Shown one piece after another: positions 31,994-41,372 of a stretch of 64,000 bases of DNA. Location of the stretch: the NCBI GenBank assembly GCA_963663275.1, contig OY760183.1, positions 2,496,001 through 2,560,000 on the forward strand. Direction: 5' to 3'. How positions within the stretch are numbered: the stretch's first letter is position 1; each line of letters begins with the position of its first letter. A model generated the notes under the pieces. It saw only the letters and a list, made by a program, of their open reading frames with translations, was not told the origin of the DNA and did no database searches. A program made the position numbers and the translations under genes. The DNA comes from Chloroflexota bacterium. Its GTDB lineage: Bacteria > Chloroflexota > UBA11872 > VXOZ01.

Positions 31994-32245
31994 ATGCCCA
32001 TCAGCGAGCAACTACTCGAAATCCTGCGCTGCCCGGCCACCAAAGCGCCGCTGCGGCCCCTAACCGGCGAAGAAATCTCGGCGCTCAATGCGCGCATAGA
32101 GAGCGAGGCGGTGACCTATCAAGACGGCAGCGCGGTCGATTCGCCATTGGAGGAGGGGCTGATTACGGAAGACGGCGCCACCGTCTACCGCATCGACGAA
32201 AACATCCCGGTGATGCTGGTGGAGATGGGCATCCCCACGGCATAG
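31994..32245 (+). CDS. Trm112 family protein
   Basis: LLEILRCPATKAPL ... YRIDENIPVML. Confidence 0.85.
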   Translation: MPISEQLLEILRCPATKAPLRPLTGEEISALNARIESEAVTYQDGSAVDSPLEEGLITEDGATVYRIDENIPVMLVEMGIPTA

Positions 32246-32372
32246 CGACCACCGGCTGTTGCGCAGTCCGCGGCCCGCCGCCGCGCGGACGTACGGAGCG
32301 CCCGCAGCCCCGGAATTGACAGGTAAACGCTCACGTGCCGCCGGACTCGCGCACGTGGGCGTTTGTTTGCGC

Positions 32373-33485
32373 CTACTGCAGTTTTCCCCGTCCCAGTATC
32401 GGCCACACCACTTCCACGCGCCCATCGCGGATGCCGTAGAAGTTGTCGTGCAGGAAGACCGTGGTATCGCCGTAGCCGACGATGAACTGGATTTTGTCGC
32501 CGACGCAGGGCGTGTCGGCGGGTTCCGGCAACTCGATCCGGCCGTGCTCCGCCGAGCAAGTGAGACCGCTCTCATCGGGCAGGCCGATGGGCTTGGGAGT
32601 GCTCGCGTCGGTGCTCATCGTCTTCTTGCCGGCGTCGCAGATGATGCGCGTGGGGGCCGGCCTGCTGGTGACCGTGGCAAGCACTGTGAGCGCGTAGTCG
32701 TGCTTGACCCCGAACCGTTCCCGATAGGTGATGTCGCAGAAAATCCCGCCGCCGCCTTGGATTTCGGTCACACCCGGTTGGAACGCCGTGTGCCAGTACG
32801 TGCCGCTGCCGCCGCAACTGACGATCTCCACCGGCAGACCCGCGTCGCGGCAGCGGTCCGCGCTCTCCGTAAGCTGCGAAATCGCTTCCTTCACCATGCG
32901 GCCTTTCTCAGCGTCGTCTTTCGCGCCAAGAACGAGCGCCTCCCACGCCATCACCCCGGCGAACTCAAGGCTGGGATAGCTGGCGACTTGCTTGGCCAGC
33001 GCCACCACCGGCTCACCCGGCAGCACCCCGGCCCGGTCGATGCCCACGTTGATTTCCACCACCAGGCGTTGGCGCACGCCTTTGCGCGCGGCCGCTTCCG
33101 CAATCTCGCGCACGTTGTCGGCGTTGTCCACGGCCGGAATGACATCGGCATGTTTGCGCAGGTTCACGAGCCGCTCGACCTTCTGGGGCCCCACAATCTG
33201 GTTGGCGATGAGAATGCTGCGGATGCCGCCCGCCGCCATCACCTCGGCCTCGCCCAGCTTGGCGCACGTCACCCCAATCGCGCCGGCCTCCACGAGCAGG
33301 TGGGCAATCGCGGGCGACTTTATGCCTTTGCTGTGCGGACGCCAGTTAATGCCGGCTTCCTGGATGATGACCCGCGCCATGTGTGCGACATTGCGGTCCA
33401 GAACGTCGAGATCGACCAGCAGCGCCGGCGTGTCAATCTCTTCCGCCGACCGGCCAATGATGTTCATCATGTGATTGCTATCCAC
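32373..33485 (-). CDS. DSD1-family PLP-dependent enzyme (alanine racemase fold; D-threonine aldolase/D-serine dehydratase-like)
   Basis: DTPALLVD, WRPHSK (PLP Lys), CAKLGEAE, SCGGSGT, DAGKK, SAEHG. Confidence 0.88.
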   Translation of the reverse strand: MDSNHMMNIIGRSAEEIDTPALLVDLDVLDRNVAHMARVIIQEAGINWRPHSKGIKSPAIAHLLVEAGAIGVTCAKLGEAEVMAAGGIRSILIANQIVGPQKVERLVNLRKHADVIPAVDNADNVREIAEAAARKGVRQRLVVEINVGIDRAGVLPGEPVVALAKQVASYPSLEFAGVMAWEALVLGAKDDAEKGRMVKEAISQLTESADRCRDAGLPVEIVSCGGSGTYWHTAFQPGVTEIQGGGGIFCDITYRERFGVKHDYALTVLATVTSRPAPTRIICDAGKKTMSTDASTPKPIGLPDESGLTCSAEHGRIELPEPADTPCVGDKIQFIVGYGDTTVFLHDNFYGIRDGRVEVVWPILGRGKLQ

Positions 33486-34462
33486 TTTCCAGCGCGGCTT
33501 GCCGCGAACGACGTCTCGATGATGCGCGTGGTCTTTGCGCCGTCTTCACCCGTGTAGAGCGGCGGCTCGCCCGAAAGGACGCGCGCGCTGAAGTCCGCGA
33601 CCAGCGGCAGGTGCCTATTCTCGGCGTGAGGCAGATTGAACTCCTCAGTTCCGGCGGCGGTCTTGAGCGTCAGGTGCGGGCCGTCGGTCGGTGTGCTGAA
33701 CAGCGCGCCTTCCGTGCCATAGATTTCAAACGTATCGTGGCCCACGCCGATGCTCCAGTGAAATGAGGCCGTCACCTGCACGCCGCTCGCCATCTTGATG
33801 AGCAGCATATCGGAGTCGTCCGCAGCGTACGAGTGCACGAGCGTCTCGTTCTTTGCGGCCACCGACGCGGGCTCGCCGAACCAGTGGCAGAGGAGATCGA
33901 GCCGGTGGGAGCCGACGTCGGCAATCGGCCCGCCGGCGCTCTTGGCGGGGTCAACGCGCCAGAACTTCGGGTCGTCCGGCGTCGGGTCGTAGTTGCCGGT
34001 CAAGACCATGCGCGCCAGCACCGGCGCGCCGATTGCCCCACCGTTGAGCAACTCCTTGATCTTGATGTTCTTGGGATAATAGCGGCGGTAGTAGGCGACG
34101 GCCAGGTTCACACCGGCCCGTTGGCAGGCGTCGACCATGGCTTGGCACTCAGCGCCGGTGAGCGCCATCGGTTTCTCGCAGAGCACGTGCTTGCCGGCAG
34201 CGGCGGCAGCCACCGTCTGCGGCAGATGCTCGTAGACGCGGCTGGCCGCGTAGACGACGTCGATGTCGGGGTCCGCAAGAAAGGCGTCAATGTCGCTGTA
34301 GGCGCGCCGCGCGCCGTGCCGCGCCGCGAAATCCTCGGCGCGCTCCTGGCTGCTGCTCGCGAAGGCGACCAGCGTGCTCTGCGGATCCTCGTTTACGGCC
34401 GGCGCCACCGCCTTGTTCGCGATGTCGCCGCAGCCGATAATGCCCCAGCCAACTTCTGCCAT
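33467..34462 (-). CDS. Gfo/Idh/MocA family oxidoreductase
   Basis: WGIIGCGDIA, HVLCEKPMA, DVGSHRLD. Confidence 0.9.
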   Translation of the reverse strand: MAEVGWGIIGCGDIANKAVAPAVNEDPQSTLVAFASSSQERAEDFAARHGARRAYSDIDAFLADPDIDVVYAASRVYEHLPQTVAAAAAGKHVLCEKPMALTGAECQAMVDACQRAGVNLAVAYYRRYYPKNIKIKELLNGGAIGAPVLARMVLTGNYDPTPDDPKFWRVDPAKSAGGPIADVGSHRLDLLCHWFGEPASVAAKNETLVHSYAADDSDMLLIKMASGVQVTASFHWSIGVGHDTFEIYGTEGALFSTPTDGPHLTLKTAAGTEEFNLPHAENRHLPLVADFSARVLSGEPPLYTGEDGAKTTRIIETSFAASRAGKWIAIT

Positions 34463-34841
34463 TTGCTACTCCTCCGCGCGAACTGCCGCTCCCGCCTCCG
34501 TTGCGCGCTCTCACAAGCGCATGAACCGCCCGGCCGCTTTACCGTTGCTCATTGTACACCAAGAGCGCGCGTCGGGTTGCGGCGGGCACAGCCGCAGCGC
34601 GCCGCTGCCGCCGGGCATCCCACAAGCGTTTTGCTCACGTCACGTTGCGGACGGCTGGAATGCGCGCTGGGTTAGCCGCTATAATGGCCGCAGAACAGGT
34701 TACCGTTCAACCAAGATGTGCGCGGCCGGCCAGCCGGCAATAAAGACGGCACGCGCCACAGCCTGCAAAATTCTCGGTTATCGAAAAGGCCGCGCTTTCG
34801 CAGCCCGAAAACGCTAGTCAAACGCCACACAGCAGGAACGT

Positions 34842-35237
34842 ATGCCCCGCTTCACCGTCGGCCATCGCTTTCCCACGCAAGACATCCACCTTGCGCCGGA
34901 AAATGTGCGGCAGTATCTCGCGGCAGTGGAAGACGAGAGCCCGCTCTACCGCGCGGAGCCTTCTACCGCGCCGCCGCTGGCGATTGCCGCGTGGGTGCTG
35001 GCCGGCCTTATCGAAGAAATCGGCCTGCCGCCCGGTTCCGTGCACGCCACGCAGGAGTTCACGTTCACGGGCTCGGCGTCGATAGGCAGCACGCTCGACG
35101 CGGCCGCTGAGGTCGTGCAGGCCGCGACGCGCGGCGGCATGGACGTAATCGTGGTCGAGATACGGGTCGCGCACGGGGAGCGGCCGGTGCTGTCAGGACG
35201 CTCGATGCTGATGATGCCGGCAGGAGATGAGACATGA
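34842..35237 (+). CDS. MaoC/hotdog-fold protein (HadA-like subunit)
   Basis: YLAAVED...APPLAIAA...GSVHATQEFTF pattern; overlaps next gene (ATGA). Confidence 0.75.
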   Translation: MPRFTVGHRFPTQDIHLAPENVRQYLAAVEDESPLYRAEPSTAPPLAIAAWVLAGLIEEIGLPPGSVHATQEFTFTGSASIGSTLDAAAEVVQAATRGGMDVIVVEIRVAHGERPVLSGRSMLMMPAGDET

Positions 35238-35650
35238 CGCAGCCTTCCGCGCGCTGGCCCGCCGGCGCTGAACTGCCCTGCCGCACGCGCACGGTGACGC
35301 TGGAGACGCTCCGGAACTATGCGGCGGCGAGCGGCGACCACAATCCCATTCACACCGATCCGGCGTTTGCCGCCACTACGCCGTTCGAGCGGCCCATCGC
35401 CCACGGCATGTTGCTTCTCGCTTACGTCATGGAGATGCTGACCGCTACGTTTGGCTCCGACTGTATCGCGTCGGGCCGGCTCAAGACGCGCTTCCGCAAA
35501 CCGGCCTACGTCGATAGCGATGTTACCGCCTGGGGCACAGTCAAGCGCGTGGATGGCGAAACGGGCAGGCTTCAGCTTACGGTCGGCTGCCGGGATGAAG
35601 AGGGCGCCGACCTGGTCACCGGCACCGCCGAGGTGACGCTCCAGGGCTGA
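35234..35650 (+). CDS. MaoC-family (R)-specific dehydratase (HadB-like)
   Basis: Hydratase-2 motif YAAASGDHNPIHTD, IAHGML, RFRKP. Confidence 0.88.
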   Translation: MTQPSARWPAGAELPCRTRTVTLETLRNYAAASGDHNPIHTDPAFAATTPFERPIAHGMLLLAYVMEMLTATFGSDCIASGRLKTRFRKPAYVDSDVTAWGTVKRVDGETGRLQLTVGCRDEEGADLVTGTAEVTLQG

Positions 35651-35690
35651 ACGCCTTGCGTGAGACGGTGTGTACGATTCGCGTCAATAG

Positions 35691-35714
35691 GCGGGGGACA
35701 AGCCCCCGCGCTTC
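35691..35714. repeat. GTAG-family REP-like palindrome between convergent genes
   Basis: gcgggggacaagcccccgcgcttc. Confidence 0.8.
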
Positions 35715-35820
35715 GATTTCGATTGCCTGCGGAGACGGGCCCCAGTGCTAACGGCGTGGGAGTGTGGACAGAACGCAACGCAGTACGCCAACGATAATCG
35801 GGTCTCGGCGCTCTTGCGGT

Positions 35821-36849
35821 CTATTCGACCCCCACGGGGCGGGAGCGTGCCAGCCGGTCGGCATAGTTGCGCCTGTAGTAGTCGTCGTACCCGCCGGACT
35901 TGACCGCGCGCCACCAATCCTCATTATCCACGTACCACTTGACCGTCTCCGCCAGCGCCTGCCGGAACGTGTACTCCGGCTGCCAGCCGAGCGCCTCCAG
36001 GCGCGCTGAGTCCAGGCTGTAGCGGTAGTCGTGTCCCGGCCGGTCCTCGATCAGCCGCATCAGCGACCGGGGCTTGCCGAGAATGTCCAGGATGCCCTCC
36101 GCCAGAGCCAGTGTATTGACTTCGAACTCCACGCCGACGTTGTACGCAGTGCCCGGCTCGCCCTCGCGCAGCACCAGGTCGATGCCCGCGCAGTGGTCTG
36201 TGACGTACATGTAGTGGCGCACCGCCTGGCCTTCACCGTAGATCGGCAGCGGCTCGTCGTCGATGGCATTGGTCACAAAAACCGGCAGCGCCTTCTCCGG
36301 GTACTGGCGGGGGCCGATGGTATTCGCCCCGCGCGTAACCGTCACAGGCAGGCCGAAACTGGTGAAGTAGGAGAGCGCCAGCAGTTCGCCGCCCGCCTTG
36401 CTGGCCGCATAGGGATTGCGGGGCGCAAGACGCGCGTCCTCAGTCGCGGCGCCCACCGGCACGTGGCCGTAGACCTCGTCCGTGCTCACGTGGACGATGC
36501 GCCGCACGTCGTGGGCGCGGGCCGCCTCCATGAGCACACGCACGCCCTCCACGTTCGTCCGCACGAAGGCCGCCGGATCCATCACCGAGCGGTCTACGTG
36601 CGTTTCCGCGGCAAAGTTCACCAGCGCGTCGCAGCCGGCCAGCGCCTCGTTCACCGCCTCAGTGTCGCAGACGTCGGCGCGCACGAACCGGTAGCGTGGG
36701 TCGTCCGCGCAAGCGGCCAGATTCGCCGGATTGCCGGCGTACGTCAGCTTGTCCAGCGCCACCACGCGCGCGTCAGGATAGCGCGCCAGCACGTAGCGCA
36801 CGTAGTTGCTGCCGATGAAGCCAGCCGCGCCCGTTATCAGTATCCGCAT
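35821..36849 (-). CDS. rfbB: dTDP-glucose 4,6-dehydratase
   Basis: TGAAGFIGSN, DKLTYAGN, AAETHVDRS, HVSTDEVYG, PYAASK, DRPGHDYRY. Confidence 0.95.
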   Translation of the reverse strand: MRILITGAAGFIGSNYVRYVLARYPDARVVALDKLTYAGNPANLAACADDPRYRFVRADVCDTEAVNEALAGCDALVNFAAETHVDRSVMDPAAFVRTNVEGVRVLMEAARAHDVRRIVHVSTDEVYGHVPVGAATEDARLAPRNPYAASKAGGELLALSYFTSFGLPVTVTRGANTIGPRQYPEKALPVFVTNAIDDEPLPIYGEGQAVRHYMYVTDHCAGIDLVLREGEPGTAYNVGVEFEVNTLALAEGILDILGKPRSLMRLIEDRPGHDYRYSLDSARLEALGWQPEYTFRQALAETVKWYVDNEDWWRAVKSGGYDDYYRRNYADRLARSRPVGVE

Positions 36850-36879
36850 ACCGTCTACACTCCAATCGCAATCAGGTTG

Positions 36880-37266
36880 TTAGCGCTTCGTCTCTTCAGC
36901 CTCTTCCTCTTTCACCACGCGATTGACGGCAAAGCTGACGAGGCTGATGATGACCGCGACGAGCATGGCGGAAAGCAGCGTCGGCCGGCCCGACGCGGCC
37001 AGTTCCACCCCCGGCAGGAGCGCCGTGCCCAGCCAGAAGAGCAGTCCGTTCAACACAAGTATCCAAAGGCCCAGCGTCAGCACGGTGACGGGAAACGAGA
37101 TCACCTTCAGCGCCGTTCCAATGACCCCGTTGATCAGCGCCACCCCGACGGCGAACATCATAAGCGTAAGCCAATCGCCGCTATCCGCAATCTCCACTAG
37201 CGCAAACCGGCTCGCGATCAGCACCGCGACCAGCACCGCCAGGCTACGCAGGAACAAAACACGCAC
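36880..37266 (-). CDS. 4-TM phage holin family / YvlD-like membrane protein
   Basis: LING...LKVISFPVTVLTLGLWILVLNGLLFW. Confidence 0.8.
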   Translation of the reverse strand: MRVLFLRSLAVLVAVLIASRFALVEIADSGDWLTLMMFAVGVALINGVIGTALKVISFPVTVLTLGLWILVLNGLLFWLGTALLPGVELAASGRPTLLSAMLVAVIISLVSFAVNRVVKEEEAEETKR

Positions 37267-37419
37267 AAGAAGCGCCTCTTCGGCAATCCGGCCACTACAC
37301 CCGTATCACTTCGATTATACGGCTTCAGTTTACTTGGCACGAATCCGGTCTGATTGCGCGCGAAAGTCTGCTATACTTAATCTATTGCCGCAACGCGGCG
37401 AGCGAATCAAGAAGCGCAG

Positions 37420-37926
37420 GTGCGAGCGATGCTTGACGGGATCGACCGGTTCTTGGCGACGATTCTCGCGGCCATTCTTGCAATCGTCGTGGTCGCCGTT
37501 GTCCTCGTTTGGCGTTCACCGGCCGGGACGGAGCTTGAATACAGCGCGGGCGGCGAACCCGAGGACGTCGTGCACAATATCATCGTCGCGATCAGTAAAG
37601 GCGATGAGGAACGCGCCAAGTCGTACCTTTCGCCTGATGTCTTGGCTGACATAGAAGAGATGGAAGAGGGCCGCTGGTCGCTAGTGCGGATGCATGATCG
37701 TCGCTCGCGAGACGGTTTGCGGGTTGCCGTCGCGCTGGAAGACATCGAGGACGGATTGGCAACGGTGAACGTCGAGATCACCCACTTCTACTCCAGCCCC
37801 GCGCCCACTGGGCTATTTGCGATCTTCGACGACAATCAGTATTCCTATGAGGTTTTGGTGCGGCTGCGTCAATTCGACGGCGCGTGGAAGATCGTCGAAC
37901 CTTTCGACCCGTACATGTTCAGCTAG
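37420..37926 (+). CDS. Hypothetical membrane-anchored protein (NTF2-like/DUF4878-like extracellular domain)
   Basis: N-terminal TM, PEDVV...GDEERAKSYLS, C-terminal GAWKI. Confidence 0.6.
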   Translation: MRAMLDGIDRFLATILAAILAIVVVAVVLVWRSPAGTELEYSAGGEPEDVVHNIIVAISKGDEERAKSYLSPDVLADIEEMEEGRWSLVRMHDRRSRDGLRVAVALEDIEDGLATVNVEITHFYSSPAPTGLFAIFDDNQYSYEVLVRLRQFDGAWKIVEPFDPYMFS

Positions 37927-37983
37927 CGCCGCGACCGCCAACGAGCCGCAGCAAACGACCGTTCCCGCAACGAGGAGACCCCA

Positions 37984-39684
37984 ATGCTCACCGTACGGCG
38001 TCTCTACATTCTGGCCGCGTCCTTCATCGGACTTCTTCTCTTCATGCAGGGCGGCAGCGCCTTGCTGCGCCTGGTGTTTCTGCTCGCCTCGCCGGACCCC
38101 GCGTTCGCCGTGGGCAACGACTGGTGGCGCGAAGACCTCAGCGTGGGGCTGGCGCTCATGGCCGTGGGCGCGCCGCTGTGGATCGGCCACTGGATTTGGG
38201 CGCAACGCCTGGCCCGCGACCCGGCGGAAGCGGCCAGCGCGCTCCGCTCGCTCTACTTTTTGGGCGTGCTGGGTTTCACGATCATCCGCACGGCCGGGGG
38301 AGCGGGGGACGCCCTCACCTACCCGTTCGCGCGTCTTGCCGGCGGTTCACCCTCGGCATTCACCCTTTCCGACAGCTTGTCCGCGCTGATCATCTTTGGG
38401 CTCATGTGGGTCTACCACGTCCGCCAACGCCCGCCCGCTGCGCTGCAATCCGGGGCCGCGGCGACCATTTCACGCTGGTACTGGTACGCCGTCTCTTTTT
38501 GCGGCGTCGGCATTGTGGCCACGTCGATCATTCCCCTGCTTTCATCGCTCATCGAGAGGCTGGCGGGGGCGGACCCGGTGAACCTCGGTTGGTGGCAATT
38601 GCCGGTGGCGAACAACATCGCGTGGCTCATCGTGGGCGGTATCGGCTGGACGTACCACTGGGCCGCTATCCAGCGCCAAACCGCGGACGCGCAAAGCCCG
38701 GAGTTGCGCTCAGTCTTGCGCAAGGTCTATCTTTACGCCATGGTCGGCTCCGGCGCGGCGGGCGCGCTCCTGGCGATAGGCCGCATACTCTACCTGGCTC
38801 TGCTCGGCGTGATGGGCGCGGTGGACGCGCAGCACGACCTCATCGAAAACGCGGCGTGGGTCGCGCCCACGCTGCTCGTCGCCGCCACCGGCTGGTTCTA
38901 CCACCGCTACCACCTGCGGCGGGACGCGGCGCTGGTAGCGGAACTGCCGCGCCAGGCGACCATCCGCCGCACCTATGCGTATCTCTTGTCCGCGATTGGG
39001 TTGGGGCTGCTGGCCTTCGGCGTGTTCGGCATGTTGCGCCTGGTGATTGGCATTCTGACCGGCCAGGCGGAGAGAACTGACCTGCCGGAACACTTCCTGC
39101 AGCAACAGCTTAGCCTCTACGTGACGTTGCTGGTGGTGGGCCTGGCCGCATGGGTGTGGTACTGGCGCCAGATACAGCGGCAACTGGACGCGGACACCAG
39201 CGGTGAGGAGCGCGCCTCGCTCGTGCGCCGCATCTACCTCTTCGTGGTGTCATCCGCCAGCGTGATCGGCCTGGTGGTCGCGCTGGGGACGCTGCTCTAC
39301 GAGGGGCTGCGCTCCGTGCTGGGCATTAGCTCCGCCAACGCGCTCGTAGACGCGCTGAACATCCACGTCAGCGTGGCGCTCATAGCCGTGGCTCTGCTGC
39401 TGTACCACGTGCGCTTCCTCCGGCAGGGCCTCAGGGCCGGAATGGAGAAGAAGACGGATGCGGTATCGGTAGAAGAGGCCCCGGCAGCGGAAAGCGTTAC
39501 GGAAGACGCAAGCGGCCCGCAGAGCCTGGTAGTCACGCTTTCCGGCGGTGACTTGCAGAGCGCCCGCGCGCTCATCGAACAGAGCGCCCTGCCTGAGGGC
39601 ACGCGAATCTCTCTGCATGAGAGCGCATTGTCAGCGGATGAAGTCCAGCGCCGGTTGCTGAGCGCGCCGGAAGCGGACGAATAG
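37984..39684 (+). CDS. DUF5671-type repeat membrane protein
   Basis: Repeated RRLY/RKVYLY/RRTYAY/RRIYLF units, each followed by TM pairs with WxxHW motifs; AGGAG RBS. Confidence 0.75.
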   Translation: MLTVRRLYILAASFIGLLLFMQGGSALLRLVFLLASPDPAFAVGNDWWREDLSVGLALMAVGAPLWIGHWIWAQRLARDPAEAASALRSLYFLGVLGFTIIRTAGGAGDALTYPFARLAGGSPSAFTLSDSLSALIIFGLMWVYHVRQRPPAALQSGAAATISRWYWYAVSFCGVGIVATSIIPLLSSLIERLAGADPVNLGWWQLPVANNIAWLIVGGIGWTYHWAAIQRQTADAQSPELRSVLRKVYLYAMVGSGAAGALLAIGRILYLALLGVMGAVDAQHDLIENAAWVAPTLLVAATGWFYHRYHLRRDAALVAELPRQATIRRTYAYLLSAIGLGLLAFGVFGMLRLVIGILTGQAERTDLPEHFLQQQLSLYVTLLVVGLAAWVWYWRQIQRQLDADTSGEERASLVRRIYLFVVSSASVIGLVVALGTLLYEGLRSVLGISSANALVDALNIHVSVALIAVALLLYHVRFLRQGLRAGMEKKTDAVSVEEAPAAESVTEDASGPQSLVVTLSGGDLQSARALIEQSALPEGTRISLHESALSADEVQRRLLSAPEADE

Positions 39685-39836
39685 GGACTGCCGGCTCAGA
39701 TAAGCCGATTGCAGCGTCTTTCATGGAACCCCACGCGCGCATCTCTCCATGGCGGGCCGCATCCCTGGAGCCGAATTCAGGTCGGGATAAGAGCCTGTAT
39801 TCGGTCCCGTTAAGAGAGTCAGAAGTGCCCACTAAA

Positions 39837-40044
39837 CCGTTCGTGCTGAGCCTGTCGAAGCATGAGCGGCTTTCCGCTAACCGTTCGCGCTGAGCCTGTA
39901 GAAGTATGAGCGGCATTCCGCTAACCGTTCGCGCTGAGCCTATCGAAGCATGAACGGCTCTTCGCGAACGTGCGAGGATTCCACTCACCCTTCGACAGGC
40001 TCAGGGCGAACGTACGAAGGCTCCACTTCAACAGGCTCAGGGCG
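39837..40044. repeat. Cluster of CCGTTCG-CTGAGCCTGTCGAAG repeats: three direct copies at 44-bp period plus two inverted copies
   Basis: Units start at 39837, 39881 and 39925; inverted copies at ~39988 and ~40026; between convergent genes. Confidence 0.88.
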
Positions 40045-40083
40045 GCCGTACCGCGTGCGGACAAATCGAGCGCGAACCGGTTC

Positions 40084-41139
40084 CTAGACGCCAGCCGGCA
40101 CGCTCGTCAGTTCCGCTACCGCCTCGCGCGCGGCGTCGATTGCCGTCTCCACGTCCTCCGCCGTAATCTGATGGTAGGTCACCAGACGAATGCGGTCGTC
40201 GGAAACCGCGCCGCACTTGACGCCGCGTTCCGCCAGGGCCTCAGCCAGTTGCGGCGCTGTGCCTACGGACGGGTCGATGTCGATGTAGACCATATTCGTC
40301 TCAACGTCATCGGCGGCAATGCCCGGAATCGCGCCGAGGCCCTCGCCCAGCCGCCGCGCGTTGGCGTGGTCCTGAGGCAGTTTCTGCGGGATGGTCTCCA
40401 GGGCAACGATGCCCGCCGCCGCCAGCACGCCCGACTGCCGCAAGCCGCCGCCGAGCATCCGCCGGAAGCGCCGCGCCGTCTCGATGAAGTCTCTACTGCC
40501 GCAGATGATCGACCCCACCGGCGCGCTCAAGGCCTTGGAAAGGCAGAACGTCACCGAATCTACGTATTGCACGACCTCAGAAACGGGCACACCCAGCGCC
40601 GCCGCCGCGTTGAAGACGCGCGCGCCGTCCATGTGGACGTTTATGTCTAGTTCATCCGCCAGTTCGCGGATGCCCGCCAGGGTGGCGAGCGGATAGACCG
40701 CGCCGCCGCCGCGATTGTTGGTGTTCTCCAGGCAGATCAGCCGCGTCGGCGTAAAGGCGTCATACGGCCGGCGGAGCACGCTGCGGATGCTCTCGGCGGT
40801 CAGGATGCCCCGTTCCGCGGGCGCGATGCGCGGCGAGGCGCCCGCCACACAGGCAAAGTCGCCGGCCTCAGTGGTGATGATATGCGCCTCGTCCGCCGCG
40901 ATGAACTCGTCACCGTTGCGGCATTGGGCCAGCAGGCAGACCAGGTTGCCCTGCGTGCCGCTCGTGACCATCAAGGCCGCCTCTTTGCCCGTAATCTCCG
41001 CGGCCATGGCTTCCAGGCGATTGACGGAAGGGTCTTCCCGATAGCAGTCGTCACCGACTTCGGCATTCGCCATTGCTTCCCGCATCTCCGCGGTCGGCAT
41101 GCTTACGGTATCGCTCCGCAGGTCGATCGTTCGAGACAT
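40084..41139 (-). CDS. ltaE: Low-specificity L-threonine aldolase
   Basis: IDLRSDTV, VGDD..EDPSV, SGTQGN, CLENTNN, HMDGAR, FCLSKALSAPVGS, GGGLRQSG. Confidence 0.92.
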   Translation of the reverse strand: MSRTIDLRSDTVSMPTAEMREAMANAEVGDDCYREDPSVNRLEAMAAEITGKEAALMVTSGTQGNLVCLLAQCRNGDEFIAADEAHIITTEAGDFACVAGASPRIAPAERGILTAESIRSVLRRPYDAFTPTRLICLENTNNRGGGAVYPLATLAGIRELADELDINVHMDGARVFNAAAALGVPVSEVVQYVDSVTFCLSKALSAPVGSIICGSRDFIETARRFRRMLGGGLRQSGVLAAAGIVALETIPQKLPQDHANARRLGEGLGAIPGIAADDVETNMVYIDIDPSVGTAPQLAEALAERGVKCGAVSDDRIRLVTYHQITAEDVETAIDAAREAVAELTSVPAGV

Positions 41140-41372
41140 CCTCTTGCTCCCTCGCTCTCTTGCGCTCTTCTGGCAAACCGGTCGCCCGCGATTGCCCGTG
41201 GTTCTCTCCTTTAGTGGAAAACCAAGGCGCGCAACCGGACGAACCAAGACTATTCTTCTCTGAAACCCGTATCTCTTTCAAGTATAGAATCTCTGACGAA
41301 ACAACGCACGCGCCCGGCCCGGCGGCAGCGGCGGACGTGAGCGCTCACATCCTGCTCACGCGGCATTGGCGG

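Noticed and set aside
36880-37266. Prophage suggested by a holin-family gene
   Set aside because: YvlD-type 4-TM proteins are common chromosomal genes; no phage genes nearby.
39837-39957. Mini-CRISPR (44-bp period)
   Set aside because: The linkers are nearly identical to each other, and the repeat is a dispersed family also present singly and inverted.
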